From Acanthaster planci (taxonomy: Eukaryota): a DNA stretch of 64,000 nucleotides. The position numbers and the translations under genes are program-made. The notes under the pieces were generated by a model that worked only from the letters and a program-made list of their open reading frames with translations, ran no database searches and was not told where the DNA came from. The stretch is taken from assembly GCF_001949145.1 (NCBI RefSeq), contig NW_019091358.1, positions 1,302,961-1,366,960 on the forward strand, read 5' to 3'. Below, piece after piece: positions 1 through 11,196 of this stretch (position 1 is its first letter; every line of letters begins with the position of its first letter).

Positions 1-2356
1 GTGTGGCGTATCTCATCCACTAGGGGCCCGTTTGTTTCTCTTGGATCCGAATCATTATCCGTGATCTGTCGTTGGTTCACTGGCACCAGAACCCGACTAA
101 TGATAGTGCGAAACAGCCCTGGGCTCACTGATCACGATCCAGACAGGCCCCCCATGTGGAGACGTGCTCAAACCCGTCTTTTGGGGAACAAATCATCATG
201 TATCGATATCAAACAGTAATCAGTCCGCCCGCTGTCCAGGGACGTATTTGTTTTCCCAAACGAGATCCAGCATCTTCAGAAGAGGGCGCCCTCTGTGCTG
301 TGCACTATTTATTTTGTCCAAGACTTAATTGTAAAGAGTGATTACGTAAATAAGGTATAAGGGTGCTTGGCAGGAGATGAGTGGATTGGTCGGGAGAAGT
401 CCTGACTTGAAGTTCTCCTTCTAAGGTTCGAATCCGCTTTGTTGTGTTTACAATTCTTTTTTAAAGACTAATAACAAGTAAGGAAGGAACATTCTCAAGC
501 CGCTAAAAGCCTAAGTTTGGTTGGTGTGGTTAAGAACAACGCAGAGCCGTGTTTAGAAAGAGTTGCGATTTAAGAGTCACCATTGTTGGGAAACAGACCT
601 GCAGGTGTATCACACGCAAACAATTGGAATAAAACAATAGGATTATGTTTAACAACAAAGTGAACAGCCATTTTGTTTCCAAAATCTGTCGGTCGATTGG
701 TTGGTCGGTTAGTCGGTCGGTCGGTTAGTCAATCAGTCGACAGAACTAGGTTCCTAGCTCTGTGGTCAATCAGAAGCGCCATTCATTTGAAGTTGTTCAG
801 AAATTCACCTTAGGACAACTTTTTTTGGACAAACTTTAATAATTATAATAACAGTATTTCAAGAATTAGGTGTTTGCTAATTTCTTTGGTGTCTGAAATC
901 CAGCTGTTTTTCCGTTTGAATACTGTAGTATTCGTCTTAGTACTTCGCTGTGCAAGAAAAGTATTTCAGTATCTCATTTTGGTTATTCTCAATGAGACGC
1001 GCACGTTTTTAAAATGTTGCAATGTTCCATACTCGTTAAGTGTGGCGCTGTTGTTAGTGTGACATTATAGGAAAGACACTGTTCAAATTGTGAACGAAAA
1101 GTATGCTCACTGAAATATTTCTGAGAGAACTTTTCTCACTGGACTGCTTTGAAGGAACAGCACATCACTAAATGACAACAAAATTACCATTTTTCTGACA
1201 ATTTTTAGTGCAGCCTTTACATGTAGTTTTCTGCCTAAGATAACATCGAACTTTTGTTCGTATACTTGCAAGCTCTTACTAGCATAAAAAATGAAAACCA
1301 AAATGCCCACAAAATAGAACAAGAATGACATCGAGTTAAATGAAATACAAAGGGAGTATCTGCTGAAACTGAATTTCAAAATTAAATTCCCTGAGCCCTT
1401 TACTCCAAGGACAATAGTTCCACTGCAGAGCGCAATGAATCAAAGTGCAGATCTGATAATATAACATCACCTTGACACGAGTGACTATACCTTCTTAACT
1501 GAGTGCACTGCAGGCTATTCAACATTCAGTGGCACTGTAGTAACATTTTGCCTGAGCCTTGGATTTATGTCAGAGAACTTGCCTTTGATTGCAGGCAGCC
1601 GAAAGGGAAGCTTGCCCTAAGGAATATGAAAAGCAAAAACGAGGACCAGTCTCAGTTCTCACTGCTCTAAGAACGAGGTATGATTTGTATACCTGTTCGG
1701 TGACGTATGCATCATTGTCATTGGAAAGAGGCCACGCCACTTGTTTACTGATACAAAAGATTATTGTAATATCAAACTGTGTCCTGTAAGTCTTCATGAA
1801 AAGCTGACATGCAGGCATGCCTGTATGCAGGGCTCTGGTGGAGTGGATGTTGCAAAGAATACATTAATACGCTTGTATGCCTAATGTAGTGTAACATCAC
1901 TTTTTTTTTACATTGCTGACATTCAAATAGTATTTCATATAAATGTGTTTATTTTGTCGAGTGTCAAATCCCCCTTTGTTGTCTGAATCATTGTGCCTGT
2001 TTAGTCATCCAACACAAATATTCACGCCAAGCGATGCAATTCCGAACACTTCCAATTTTTTTTGTTTTAAAGGTTTTTTCTCAAAAAAATGCAATTTTGA
2101 GACAAATTTCTCACCAAATCAACAGGCACAGTTGCTTTGGCTTCACGAAAACACTAACAACTTAATAAATTGTGTGGACAATTTAAAGCTACTGAGGTGT
2201 AATGCATACCCATGGCGCTTCACAGCTATCGTGGCTCCCGAATTACAATTTTGACGCCTTCCTTAGCATCATGGACCGTTCGACGTATTGCTCTAAACGA
2301 TAACAAACTGCACAGCACATCACGCGGATTACTAATCAGTGCCATAATATCATATT

Positions 2357-2506
2357 ATAAATTATGAAGCCTAGCATGTAACTGTGGTATCGATACCACA
2401 TCAACCCGTTATAGTCCTCGACAATGGGGTACACAACCATTGTCGTGGACTATGACGGTTAATGTGGTATCGATACCTCAATTACATTCTAAGCTTCAGA
2501 ATTTAT
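2357..2506. mobile_element. Fold-back MITE (about 150 bp, almost entirely palindromic)
   Basis: ataaattatgaagc..tgtggtatcgataccaca..cgacaatgg versus ccattgtcg..tgtggtatcgatacc..gcttcagaatttat. Confidence 0.7.
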
Positions 2507-4111
2507 TTGTGTGTGAACGAAGCATGATCTCTTCACTCTAAAGTTTGAAGTTCAAAGTATATCACTACACAGCTGACTGGTACGAAAAGTTTCGTAATTT
2601 TCCTTTTTGTTGTGTCCTCTCTCAGGTTTAGTACAGCCTACCAATGTATCGGACATCTTGGCCGTCCGTTCAGATTTGAAGAAGCCAAGTTAATAAAAAA
2701 AAAACAGTAAGATATGACTTCCCATCTAGTCTGTGCAGTGAAGGCAAGGTAGTTGTGGTGGTGACGGTGGCGTTTTGTTGAAGTTGGCTCTCGTTAACTA
2801 TGACGAGAACATGTGCACGTGGCCCCGGGGGCGGATCCAGGAATTTAGTCTCCGGGCGGCCTTTAATGCTCTATATCCGATTGTTGTGGACAGACGGACA
2901 CAATATTATAGGTAATATATTATATTGTTACTGATGCATCTTTATTTATGTAGTAGGATGTCTTTTATTATTATTTTGCTATATTTGTTTCATTTTTAAA
3001 ATTGTTTTCTGATGTCATAGAGGGTGTGGCACCCTTGGACCGCGTCTGGGCCATAAATCATGGCCTTCTTCACGTTGAAGTACCTGTTTTGTGTGTGTTA
3101 AATTTTAGACTATTTTGTCTCAAAAATAAAGTGGCTTATATGTGTGAACGCTTTCATAGGCGTGGAAACGATCTTAGTCTGATTATGACGATGGTGGTGA
3201 TGACTATATTTAATAGCGCCAAATTAAGGGGGATGCAATGCGCTTATTATCTATTACCCGTGTTCACGGGGCCACTGACATTCCTAAAAATCCTGTCAGC
3301 TGCCCGGGGAGTATAAAGCTTGAGCTGTCACTAAACTTGTTATACTCTTTAATTTAAGAAAGAAGCAATTCTGGGAGGAGGGACATGCATTATCTTGTTG
3401 GGGGGAAAATGATAATTCTCGTGCAGCGTTATGGCTTTTCTGAGGGGAGGACTAACTTTCGGGTTTGTTTACCGGATCGGATGGAAAAGGAGATGAAGAA
3501 TGTCACACAAATGTGCTTTCCTCTCATTATGCTTCGAAAATTGCTTACTTGTTTGGGAGAGGCATGGCCTACTTCCCTCTTTTCCTAAATGTTCATTAAG
3601 GCATTCCAGACACGCTCACAACCAGCTCTCTTTTATTTCTGTGAGAAATTAAGTATACAAAAAAGTGGGAGTCATAAAAGGTAAAAGCCCGGCAAATATT
3701 AAAAATTGAAAAAAAATTAATTTAAAATTGAAACCAAAATCGATTGTGCGGGCAGCTTGAATGCCTCGAGTCCGCGTTTCTAATATGGAATTCACTCTAC
3801 GAGGTTCGTGCGCCCATACAATTCAATTGGGGTAATACTATAGGCAGACCCTTTTATAAATTGCCGGTTTTATTTAATTACATTGTTCATTATATCAGGG
3901 AGACTGAGCACATATCGATTTATTGTTACAATTGTGATAATTATTTTGGCTCTAGCTTTACTCTAGATGACGCCACAACGGTATACATGTAACACGAAAA
4001 GACCCAACCGTGCAGCAGAGGTTTCTGTTCAGTCGGCGCAGTAGGACGATCAAGTCAACCGTCAAGTCAACTGTCAGCGGCTGCAGCTGTGACGGAAAGC
4101 TTTGGCTGAGC

Positions 4112-4609
4112 ATGGAAGACGGAACGAAAATCTCCGTGTTTTGTATGTTGGCAACAATTGTGCTCCTGCGACCTTGGGTCGTACCAGCGTGCCAACCGTG
4201 CCTCTCGCATTGGTTGCATCACGGGAACCACTGCTATCTCGTCGGGACCGAGCCCAAGACGTTTGACGAAGCCGAGGCCCATTGCCAGGGATTCTTCGTC
4301 CAAGGCAGACCGTCTCATCTGGCCTCGATCAAAAGCCAAGAGGAGCACGATTTCATTGTCGACTTAGTCGTAGCGACCTACGGTCGACTCCATAAGATCT
4401 GGTTCGGATATCGCCGTAATGCCACGGGGTCCTTCTACTGGGTCGACGGAAGCCAGCCAGGAGAATATGCCAATTGGAGGTCGGGTGAACCAAACAATAT
4501 GGGGGGTACAGAAAACTGCGCCCAATTATTTGGCAATGCCCTGTGGAACGACAATCAATGCACCCATTCGATTGGATTCGCTTGCAAGTCAATGGTCAGA
4601 TTTTCCTAA
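4112..4609 (+). CDS. Secreted single-domain C-type lectin (echinoidin/lactose-binding-lectin-like), 165 aa, intronless CDS
   Basis: First ATG at 4112 inside ORF 4010-4609. Hydrophobic signal peptide (ISVFCMLATIVLLRPWVVPA). CTLD motifs: CLSHW...HCY, FDEAEAHC, HLASI.S.EE..F, IWFG, WVDG, YANWRSGEPNN, ENC, WNDNQC, FACK. Confidence 0.93.
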   Translation: MEDGTKISVFCMLATIVLLRPWVVPACQPCLSHWLHHGNHCYLVGTEPKTFDEAEAHCQGFFVQGRPSHLASIKSQEEHDFIVDLVVATYGRLHKIWFGYRRNATGSFYWVDGSQPGEYANWRSGEPNNMGGTENCAQLFGNALWNDNQCTHSIGFACKSMVRFS

Positions 4610-6437
4610 TAGTGTCACTCTAATCGAAGATATAAACTCAAGTGACATACTGGACAAACCAACATAATATGCTGAGACAATTTAGTGTCCAATAATTGGT
4701 TTGACCGGAAATGATCCGATGTTAGTGACGTTAAGGGTCTGAATCGAGGAAACATACGTTTGATGTAAACAGGTTTCGACGACATGAGAGAAACTATAAC
4801 TGTAATCCTGTTAAAGTCGACTTCCAAGAGCGTGTGTGTATGATGGCTCTGTAAAACTCAACGAACCGCTCCGCGTAGAGAAGATTCAGCTAGGATCATG
4901 GAAGGCCAAATGCACACCTTTGACATTCCTGTCAGATCTTTGGTATATGATTCAACACGATTGGGAACATTTTCTCCTTCTATTTTTTCTTTATTCGTTC
5001 AGTTTGAACTCTTTTTAAATGCATATGTTTCAGTAACGGCGGACATTAAAACTGGGTGGACGTTACAACAAAATTAGGACAGACACTGAACAACTTAATT
5101 TCCTACACTGCCAAAAATTCGTTCATTCTACTCAGTATAAACTTTAACTAGTTCTCTTCTTCGGGTGTCATTCATCTGTCAGTGCATGTAATTTAAAGCG
5201 ACGGTATAACTCCACTTTATAGACCTGATTCACGGGAAGCCATTTTCAACCTTGTTCCCTGAATCTATCATATTCAAAGTAATATCTATTATGAGGTAGA
5301 ACCAGATTATATTTAGTTCCAATCCTCATTTTAAGGTTTTGTTAACTGTGACCTAAGACATATATAGTAGATATATCTTGTCACAAATTTCAAAATATTC
5401 TAAACGTAAATTGGTGTGAATTTGTTGCGACTGTTTATCTGTTATTTCTACTCTTAGGTTACCAAAATAAAAAGTTATTCTTAATTCAGGATAACCTTTA
5501 CATGAAAACGATCTACTGAACATTACATACAGTGAAAACTCTTGGATTGTTTACATAATAAATCTAAAACAATCGACTAACCTTGAGTTTTAACATGGGA
5601 ATATTTAAGTGATGGTACTAAGACTACAGTCAATTGTCTTTGCTCAAATTCCACTGCAAAATAGTACTTGATCTGTTGAATACTTCATTTTGGTCAATAT
5701 AAAACGCGCATGGATGTTACATTCTAACACGTGCCTCAATTAACTTCTTTGTTTAACTTCTTAGTTTCCCACCTTGGTGGAGAAAGATAATTATGCAATC
5801 TTGCCCGAGCGACACAAGCATTTCAGTTGGTACACCTTGATTCTTTTCCCTTTTTTTATATTTCCCCTTTCTGGTCTCAGAGCAGGCGGGGCAGGGGGGG
5901 GGTCGAATGCCAAGCCCTCAGAAGGATTCCGCTACACTTCCGTCACCCCTCTCCGTTGTGAACATTTGACTCGCCTGAAGCCAAGAACGTTTATTACAAA
6001 CAAGACAAGCGTCCACCTTTTAAAGAACTTATTTTTGCGCCATGGATCAGTAATCCGCTCAACTGATACGAATAAGTCTATCACTGCGCTCAGATAAAAA
6101 CTATACAGTCACTGACCATACTAAAAGTTCTCCGAAGCTCATCGACATCTGTTTTCGTTCTGAATTTTGTTGTTTCTTCCATACGAAAGGGCATTTTGTT
6201 GGCTTGCGGTGTTACCGTCTACACTGTGAATTTGATGGTCCAGGCCGACGCTTTCATCGATGTGACGAAAAGCGGCTAACAACGATGCACACAGTCTCCT
6301 CGCTTTCGATCCATTGGGGACTTCTGCACTGAGTGCAGAGGGTGTGTTTGATGGTTAAAGTAAAAACGTGGAATGCACATTAGAATCAGCAATTATAAGA
6401 ATTGTTCACACCTCCAGCGGGGCCAACGATACATATG

Positions 6438-6610
6438 CAGCAAGGTATGAGACGGAGAGAACCCCCCCCCCTTTGTGTTGGTCACTGTCTCGCAGGAATC
6501 TGGGGAATTCCTTTCAGACATCTTGGGGGGATGTGTTAAGTAACAATAGTCTGGAATGTGTATAGGGATTGGACATGTTGGGGGGTACCCCTCGGTCTCA
6601 TTTCTTGCTG
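6438..6610. mobile_element. MITE; second copy at 56239-56411
   Basis: Imperfect TIRs (gcaaggtatgagacgg / cggtctcatttcttgc); colinear with 56239-56411, which explains the near-identical spurious ORFs ...PPLCWSL..NL.NS.QTS.GDVL.NN.LECV. Confidence 0.7.
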
Positions 6611-7341
6611 GGTATACCACGGTCTTTCCTTTGAAAGAGGTTAATCAGGTCGGCTATTCCATTTTAGTCATACGCAATCTCGTCTCACTTGTGGGAATTC
6701 AATTTCTTCTATATTACGTGACAGGTGCTTTGTGGATCATAAATAAAATCTGATTTTCCAAGAAAAACGTTTTTACGGCGGATCTTGAAACAGCTTTTTC
6801 TTAACGCAACTTTGTACGAAATATTGTGGCGGCCGGAAAATGAGTAACGTAGAAAGGGAAAAGCTTATTAACGCTTTCCAGGGCAATAACGCCGAGAAAG
6901 GCCTGTAAACTTTTATTCTTTTCATGCTTTCCCTGCGTTTCTTCCCCATTAACTATTTATACGGGGACTGTGTGGACGCCGGTCTTATAATCCCGTTATT
7001 ATTAATTTTCGAACATAGATTTTTTCTAAATGGTTTTAAGTTCCTACATGGATGTCCTCTACACCCTGAAACCATTAAATCCGAAAAGAAAACAGGAAAA
7101 GGTAGTGGGCTTTGACCTTAAACAGTTCTATGTTTGCTTGCAGTAACTGCTCCGAAGGTAACAAGACACATGAAATAGCCTTTGGCTTTGCTATCTACCG
7201 CGGTACCGGGGTAGAATTACCCAGGCACGTGCCTTCTGGAAAACCACAAAGCCTTTAACAGGCCCGACAGCCTTCACAAGGTCGTTCATGGGTCACGGGC
7301 AGGTACAGGCAGGGCCTGGGCTAGCCTTTGCTCAAGGCGCC

Positions 7342-8523
7342 TGTCACAACCCCGGGTCCCCCTACCCTCTGACACACAATGTGTGCACGGTAAATTATGC
7401 AGTACACTCAAGCAGATAATTTAACTTCAAAATTCAATGAAAACTAATTTATTTATAAATATACAAACCACAAAAACAATTGACTGAAGGGGTAGCAAAA
7501 TGCAGAAGATCAACAGTTTAAAAACAAAATGGGTTTCATAGAAACTAGAAGGCTGGTGGGCTGGTTAATAGTTACCACTAGCCCAAATTCGGACAGTTCA
7601 AAGGGAGAGTTGGTCACTTGTCCGATGCGCCGCTGTTACATGACTCTCAGCCGATCCTCAGCGAGGAGGATGCAGGCGAGTCGGGGCTGGACTTAGCAGA
7701 CCAACAGGCAGGTAGGTAGCCGCCCCCCTGCGGCAGACTTGCTGTTCCTATCCAGCCAATGCAGGACCTGGCTTGATCGTGTCTCGGTACTCAATGAGGT
7801 CCACTTACGGGAGCTCCGACTCCGTAATAAGAAGCCCTGAAATATTGAATAATCATATCCATGTTTGCTAATACACATGTACATCTTACGGCAAACATTT
7901 GTGCACCGTTTGACCATCGGTCACTAAAATTGGCTTTTGAACTCCCCATTGTCACAGGTATATAAAGTAATAGCACTTACACATACTCGACAAAACATAA
8001 TGGCTACATATTAGAAAATAATTAAAAAGAACACTCACAGTATATACTGGCTCCTGAGGTTTTACAGCACACTGCAAATTGTCACAGCCTACCCTTCCTC
8101 TTTAAACTTTTCTCCTGAAAATTTGGGGCAGCTAATCGCTCTCCCAACTTATGGCTACCGCCAACACTGGATTTTCAATCCACATTAACAAGGTTAAAAA
8201 GCTTAATACAATTCTGGCTTGAGAGCTATCGCTCAAACTTGTGCTATCGCACCACAGGCCTGTCAGTGTGTGACACACACTGAGAACCACACCCCAGTAT
8301 TTAAGGCTATCACTGCTGGACAACGCCTCTGTGAGCAGGCACTATAAAACACTATTCGGGTCCCCATGCCTGGTGTGTACCCATGCAGGTGTGAACCATA
8401 CAGGACCCCACCTTACTTTGCATAAAAGGGCATATAAGGAAATTTGGCCAACTTGGCAACATACATAGTTTGTGTCTTCAAATTAATTAAACACTTGGCG
8501 TAAAATATCATTGACTTGTGACA
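7342..8523. mobile_element. Solo LTR of an LTR retrotransposon (1182 bp)
   Basis: Termini TGTCACAA...TTGTGACA (8-bp inverted, TG..CA) with identical 5-bp flanks GCGCC (7337-7341 and 8524-8528); no internal coding ORF. Confidence 0.75.
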
Positions 8524-8939
8524 GCGCCCATAAACGAAAAAGAATCACGTGCAGGTAAGATCCCATACGCGTCGATAAGTTTAATTTGACTGCACTTATT
8601 TGAAAAAAGCAGCATGTAGTTTCGAATGCCCATAGACGAAGTGGAATGATGGAAAAGAAACCTTGATCAGGAAAGCTACAAAAGTGTGCAAGCAAACGAA
8701 TTCAAATGCCAGAAAAGGGAAAGGCACCCCCTCCCTGTGAATGCTTGTTGACGAAAAAGAGCGGAGTTGTGCTGAGATTGACCGGGGGAAAAGTGAACAA
8801 ATCAACATGTATACACAAATATACCAGGCAACAATCGCCTTTACCGAGTAGTTCACACTTTCAACTTCTATTTGTGCAGAAACGTTTACACTCATATTGA
8901 CAACAGCATCCGGGTTATGTACTTAGAAAGGATACGTAC

Positions 8940-9160
8940 GACCCCCGCGCACGGTTACTACTCTTCCAGCGGTGGCGCTCTTCAGTTAGTGTTCGATGTT
9001 CGCGTCTGATTGGTCAATGGGCCGATTGCGAGTTGTTTTGAAAAAGTTACCACTTCGGTCAAAGGTTACAAAATTAAAGCCCGTTACCGTTAGCACAACA
9101 AGTTGATCGATCTAGTGCTGATGAAGTGACACTCAAAAGACGTCAACATTTACAGGAATC
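8940..9160 (+). promoter_or_regulatory. Putative KATNBL1 promoter and non-coding first exon
   Basis: Locally CpG-rich, inverted CCAAT (ctgattgg) near 9006, TTTGAA near 9037, strong donor gtaagt at 9161 that could splice to the acceptor at 11061. Confidence 0.5.
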
Positions 9161-9324
9161 GTAAGTCTTTGTGTTTTCTGATCATGGAATAATAAAAAAA
9201 AAATGGTCTGATTGATAGAGCATGCCAAGCAAGGACAGATTGACTGTTTCAGTGAATTACGTATGAATGAGGCCCTAAAAAGGCTGTACCTACATCATAC
9301 ATGATGTAGGCTGCGGGCAGTGGT

Positions 9325-9415
9325 TAGCCCCACTAGTACTAGTGTGGCACGGACTTTCACTACCGCTCCATAGGATCGAGCGGTATCGAGAGGCCGTGCC
9401 TCACTAGTGGGGCTA
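9325..9415. repeat. Short hairpin or mini-MITE in KATNBL1 intron 1
   Basis: tagccccactagt..ggcacgg..taccgctc versus gagcggta..ccgtgcc..actagtggggcta. Confidence 0.6.
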
Positions 9416-10279
9416 GGCTAGTGGGGCAATGGTGGTCCGCCCCGCTCTCACGTAAGACTAGAGTTGCCCCAGTCACTGTTTACTTCCTTAAATAGGCTAC
9501 ATGTACATCCAGAAAAGTTACTAGCAGGGAAAATAGCACGTTGTTTACTTAGAAAACAGTCGTCTTAGACATGTTACAATTTTTCAGACCAGTCTCACTG
9601 ACCAGTTTGTGCATAGGTCCTAGCGTGTCAACTGGTCAAGTGGCATCCATGATGATAGTACAGTGTATACCCCCAAAACTGTGGGGTCCGACATCCGCTC
9701 CACTCCCACTGGACCCCACAAGTAGATGTAGCTACTTTTTGGAATACTTCCCCTTTGGCTTTGCAAATCATCTTTTTAATATTTGGACATAGTCGGGCAA
9801 TCCAACCATGTCCAGATGATTACGTGGCTTAGGCCATGGCATGCATGAGAATAGAAATTGTTGATAATTTGCGTCCTAACAATTCAAAAACACATGAGGC
9901 AGTTTTTTATTTTCTATCATTCATTATTTTATTTCAACCTCCAAGTAGGCGTAGGCCTACAGACATAACACACTTTTCAAAAACATGTACAAGCAAAACC
10001 CAAAGCCATGCTGAGGGATGAGGTACCGTACATGTACATCATGTAGGCTTGTGATCAGTTCACGGATCATCACATCATCATCATCAAGTCCTGCAGTAAA
10101 ATGTACATTATAAACGTGCAAGCCGATCAAATGCACATGGGTCGGCCATAGCTCATGAAGGCATCTGGTCTTTTTGGTCTCTTCATTACAAATAGTGAAA
10201 TTTTTGTAAATAATGATTTTGGGGGTGGTGGCATTGGGACATATGGGCGGTGGAAGCAAATCTACAACTTGTATTCTCA

Positions 10280-10526
10280 TGGCAGGGGTTAGCGTAACGG
10301 TTCTTTCCTTGCTTTGTACCAATGAGGCCCGGGTTCAAGTCCCAGCTTAGCCCAGGCTTTATTAAGTGCATATGGTTCCAGTCCATACTCGCTCTCGCAG
10401 GTTTTCTCTGGGTACTCCGGTTTCCTTCTGCCTCTAAAATTGGACCTTCTTCCTAACTCAGAAGGGACCCCATTGGAAATAAGTTGCAAAACTTTCATGG
10501 GCTATCCCAAGTATTACCTAATACCG
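10280..10526 (+). mobile_element. tRNA-derived SINE
   Basis: A-box-like ttagcgtaacgg, B-box ggttcaagtccc, conserved SINE core gcaggttttctctgggtactccggtttcctt, followed directly by a simple-repeat tail. Confidence 0.7.
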
Positions 10527-10716
10527 AATCAATCCAATCCAACCCAACCCAATCCAATCCAACTCAATCCAACCCAATCCAACCCAATCCAACCCAATCC
10601 AACCCAACCCAACCCAATCCAATCCAACTCAATCCAAACCAATCCAACCCAATCCAACCCAATCCAATCCAACCCAATCTAACCCAATCCAACCCAATCC
10701 AATCCAATCCAATCCA
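10527..10716 (+). repeat. Pentanucleotide microsatellite (CCAAT/CCAAC)n
   Basis: About 190 bp of aatcc/aaccc units. Confidence 0.97.
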
Positions 10717-11070
10717 TGGCCTTACAAGTAGCTCTACTGATCCAGTACAAAATTCGAAAAAAAGGAGTACTGTAGTCAGGTAGTAAGGCTCCAGTGAATA
10801 GAGCTAGGCCTTTGTGAAATATCACATGCCCTATGGTTTATGGTCCGCGTAACCAACTTTTTTTGCCAAAATTTTTACCATCTTGCCTCTCATCGCAAGA
10901 CGATCCACACATCTGCCATTTGCAAGATGTATCAAGTATTGTAAGTTTCATGTGCATATTCCATTGAATGGGCCTGATGTATGTTGAAAGTTTTCAAAGT
11001 CAAGTGGGCATTTTACCCCAGTTTAACCTTTGTAGTGATGACTTGTTTTGTTGTTTTTTAGCTTTCCAAG

Positions 11071-11196
11071 ATGGGTGATGCTAGAGCATACCAAGCTGTG
11101 ATGAATGCTGGCGGTGGGTTCATCCGATGGGATTGGAACAAGAACAAGTATGTGTGGGTCAGCAAGAGCGACTTACAAAAGCAGGCCAGCAACAAG
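11071..11196 (+). CDS. KATNBL1: KATNBL1 coding exon 1 (MGDARAYQ...KQASNK)
   Basis: Acceptor ttttag at 11061, caagATGg start, donor AAG|gtctgt, phase 0. Confidence 0.7.

Noticed and set aside
6368..6565. Apparent paralogous small proteins at 6368 and 56167
   Set aside because: The similarity comes from two copies of a MITE; no coding signature.
10440..10783. Q/N/P-rich ORFs
   Set aside because: Translations of the CCAAT microsatellite.
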